DNA from: Polyangiaceae bacterium
GTDB lineage: Bacteria; Myxococcota_A; Polyangia; Polyangiales; Polyangiaceae
Direction: 5' to 3'
Length of the DNA: 17,574 nt
NCBI GenBank assembly: GCA_044222475.1
Contig: JBGANF010000153.1
Coordinates: forward strand, 1 to 17,574
How positions within the stretch are numbered: the first letter of the stretch is position 1; the number at the start of each line of letters is the position of its first letter. Below, in pieces: positions 15,675-17,574 of this stretch. Under the pieces are notes generated by a model, which saw only the letters and a program-made list of their open reading frames with translations, had not been told where the DNA came from and ran no database searches. Both the position numbers and the translations under genes were made by a program.

Positions 15675-15704
15675 ACCATAGGAGAAGCGATCGCGGCTGG
15701 TCAA
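15675..15704 (-). promoter_or_regulatory. Sigma70-type promoter of the cold-shock gene
   Basis: TTGACC (15704-15699), 18-nt spacer, TATGGT (15680-15675); implies a 5' UTR of about 150 nt. Confidence 0.6.
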
Positions 15705-15723
15705 GCACATCGGGGCGCAGATT

Positions 15724-16905
15724 TCAGGGGGGCGGTTTTCCCGCAGTCCCGCCACCCTTTTCGAGCTCGTCCAGCTCCTGCAGGTTCGCGTCGATGCGGG
15801 GATCGGTGGGGTCGATCGCCTTCGCGCTCTTCAGCGCGGCGCGCGCCTCGGCGCGGGTCTTGGGATCGAGCGCGAGCACGGTCGCGAGGCCGATCAGCGC
15901 GCTCACGAATTTCGGGTCGCGCTTCAGCGCCTCTTTGTACTCGCGAAGCGCGTCGGCGTTCTTGCCGCTCTGCTTGTACGCCGTCCCTAGGGTCGTGTGG
16001 TACGAGGCGCGCGACGGATCGATCTGCACCGCGCGCTCGAGCTCGCGCGTCGCGCGCGGGAGATCCGGCACGAAGAGGAGCGCCGCGCCGAGATCGGCGT
16101 GCACGCGCGCGTCGGCGTCGGCGAGGCGCGCTTGGAGCTCGAACTCCTTCACCGCGTCGGCGACGCGACCGAGGAGGAGGAGCACCGTCCCGAGGTTTCC
16201 GTGACGCTCGGAGCGGCCCATGTCGAGCTGCGCCGCGCGGGTCAACGGAGCGAGCGACTCTTCCTTCTTTCCGGCCGCCAAGAGCGCGCCGCCGAGCGAC
16301 GACTGCACCTCGGCGTCGTTCGTGAGGAGCGCCGCGGCCTTCTTCAGCTCGGCGAGGGCGCCGTCCGCGTCGCCGAGGAGGAGCAGCGTGCGACCGAGCT
16401 CCGCGTGGGCCGGGCCGTACCCGTCGTCGAGGGCGACCGCGGCCTTGAGGTCCTTGGCAGCGGCGGCGAGCTCGGCGTTGCCCTTTCCGGCGCCCACGTC
16501 GTAGGGGACGTTCGTCACCGCGACGCGAACGCGCGCCTGGCCGACGATGGGGCCCGGCCGCTTGTTCGTCGGGTCGAGCTTGCGCGCGGCGTCGTAGTGC
16601 TTCTTCGCGCCGGGCAGATCGTTCGCCTCGAACGCGGTGTCGCCCAGGGTGAGCTCCTTGTCGATCGCGTCGTTGGCGGAGCTCGCGAGCGGCGTCGTCG
16701 CCGGTTTCGGCGGCGGCAGCGGCGCGGACGGCGGCGGAGCCACCGCGGCGTCGCTCGCCGTCATCGTGACCTGCGTTCCGCCGTCCACCGCCTCGGGCAC
16801 GACGACCGCGGCGTCGCCGGGGCTGGGATCGGGCGTGACCGGCGGCTTGTCACCGGTGCACGCCGCGAAAGCGACCGCGAGCAGCGCCACTACCACGCGC
16901 CTCAT
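15724..16905 (-). CDS. TPR-repeat lipoprotein
   Basis: MRRVVVALLAVAFAAC lipobox, Pro-rich linker, multiple TPRs (AHAELGRTLLLLGDADGALAELKKA). ATGA overlap with the upstream gene. Confidence 0.9.
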   Translation of the reverse strand: MRRVVVALLAVAFAACTGDKPPVTPDPSPGDAAVVVPEAVDGGTQVTMTASDAAVAPPPSAPLPPPKPATTPLASSANDAIDKELTLGDTAFEANDLPGAKKHYDAARKLDPTNKRPGPIVGQARVRVAVTNVPYDVGAGKGNAELAAAAKDLKAAVALDDGYGPAHAELGRTLLLLGDADGALAELKKAAALLTNDAEVQSSLGGALLAAGKKEESLAPLTRAAQLDMGRSERHGNLGTVLLLLGRVADAVKEFELQARLADADARVHADLGAALLFVPDLPRATRELERAVQIDPSRASYHTTLGTAYKQSGKNADALREYKEALKRDPKFVSALIGLATVLALDPKTRAEARAALKSAKAIDPTDPRIDANLQELDELEKGGGTAGKPPP

Positions 16906-17327
16906 GCTTCGCTCCGATCGGCGCCGTGGCGCACGGTGACGGCGTACGCGTGAGCGATGACGTCCCTCACCGCCTCGAGGACGCGCTCGTCCCCTGCCTT
17001 CGAACGGAGCCCCAGGAGATCGCTGCTCGGCATCTTCACCTCGACCAAAAGCTTGCATCCTGCACGTACTTGGGCAGGAACCGATTCGTCCTTCGCGACC
17101 GCCGTGACGTGCTCCACGTAGCTGCGGCCCCACGCCTCGTTCGGCTCGACGATGAGCGCGCCGTTGAGCGCCATCCCGGCGGCGCGCTTCGCTCCGGCGA
17201 CGCCCGCTTTGACGTCGTTCTTGGCGTACGCCTCTTCGGCGCGCCGCAGCTCGCCCTGGGCCGCGCGGATCCACTCGTCGGGCGCGAGGCGATGGAGCCA
17301 GTGAGTCGGGTCCTTGACGAACGGCAC
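16902..17327 (-). CDS. HEPN-like helical protein
   Basis: EWIRAAQGELRRAE...AKRAAGMALNGAL resembles the HEPN N-terminal helices; RDVIAHAY near the C-terminus; GTG start with GAGGTG RBS. Confidence 0.65.
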   Translation of the reverse strand: MPFVKDPTHWLHRLAPDEWIRAAQGELRRAEEAYAKNDVKAGVAGAKRAAGMALNGALIVEPNEAWGRSYVEHVTAVAKDESVPAQVRAGCKLLVEVKMPSSDLLGLRSKAGDERVLEAVRDVIAHAYAVTVRHGADRSEA

Positions 17328-17339
17328 GCTCGCACCTCG

Positions 17340-17573
17340 TCAGTCCTTCTTCAGCGACTTCTGGGAGTGCTCTTTCCCGTCGTACCGGAGGAGCGTCGGC
17401 TTGCCGTCGACCACGGTCTCGACGCCGACCGGGCGCTTCCACACGCGGAAGAGAGACTTGAGGACTTCCTTCGCGTAGTCGGTGCGCAGGTCGACGCCTT
17501 GGTGATCGTGGCTCAGGAGGAGCTCGCCCCGGTTGTCGTAGTTGCCGTCGTACGCGACGATGAACGGGTTGCC
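17340..17573 (-). CDS. spoVR: SpoVR family protein, C-terminal part (truncated by window edge)
   Basis: Manual translation GNPFIVAYDGNYDNRGELLLSHDHQGVDLRTDYAKEVLKSLFRVWKRPVGVETVVDGKPTLLRYDGKEH...KD* matches the SpoVR C-terminus. Confidence 0.88.
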   Translation of the reverse strand, partial: GNPFIVAYDGNYDNRGELLLSHDHQGVDLRTDYAKEVLKSLFRVWKRPVGVETVVDGKPTLLRYDGKEHSQKSLKKD

Positions 17574-17574
17574 C

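Overview
GC-rich bacterial window; gene content suggests Myxococcota/Polyangiales (inference). The left ~4.8 kb is accessory. It opens with a 670-bp non-coding stretch holding three long inverted repeats, one of which covers the RBS of a DUF559 endonuclease gene. Next is a minus-strand array of short toxin-immunity-type genes: two SMI1/KNR4 genes (one frameshifted), a DUF6756-like gene and two unknowns. The array also hides a start-less C-terminal fragment of an Ntox47-like polymorphic toxin that the ORF track misses. A Uma2 endonuclease closes the array. The middle holds two tandem Cys-rich Sel1-repeat lipoproteins, a third SMI1/KNR4 gene, an INSIG-like membrane protein, a 63-aa Cys/His-rich protein and a RAYT-type HUH tyrosine transposase with a strong promoter next to a (CGGAAG)n tract. 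The right part is core-like: pdhA-pdhB-pdhC (pdhC has two 1-bp deletions, probably sequencing errors), an FGE-sulfatase-domain protein, a metallophosphoesterase, a 36-bp inverted repeat, a cold-shock protein, and a minus-strand operon end of spoVR (partial), a HEPN-like gene and a TPR lipoprotein. All family assignments come from motif recognition by eye; no database searches were run.
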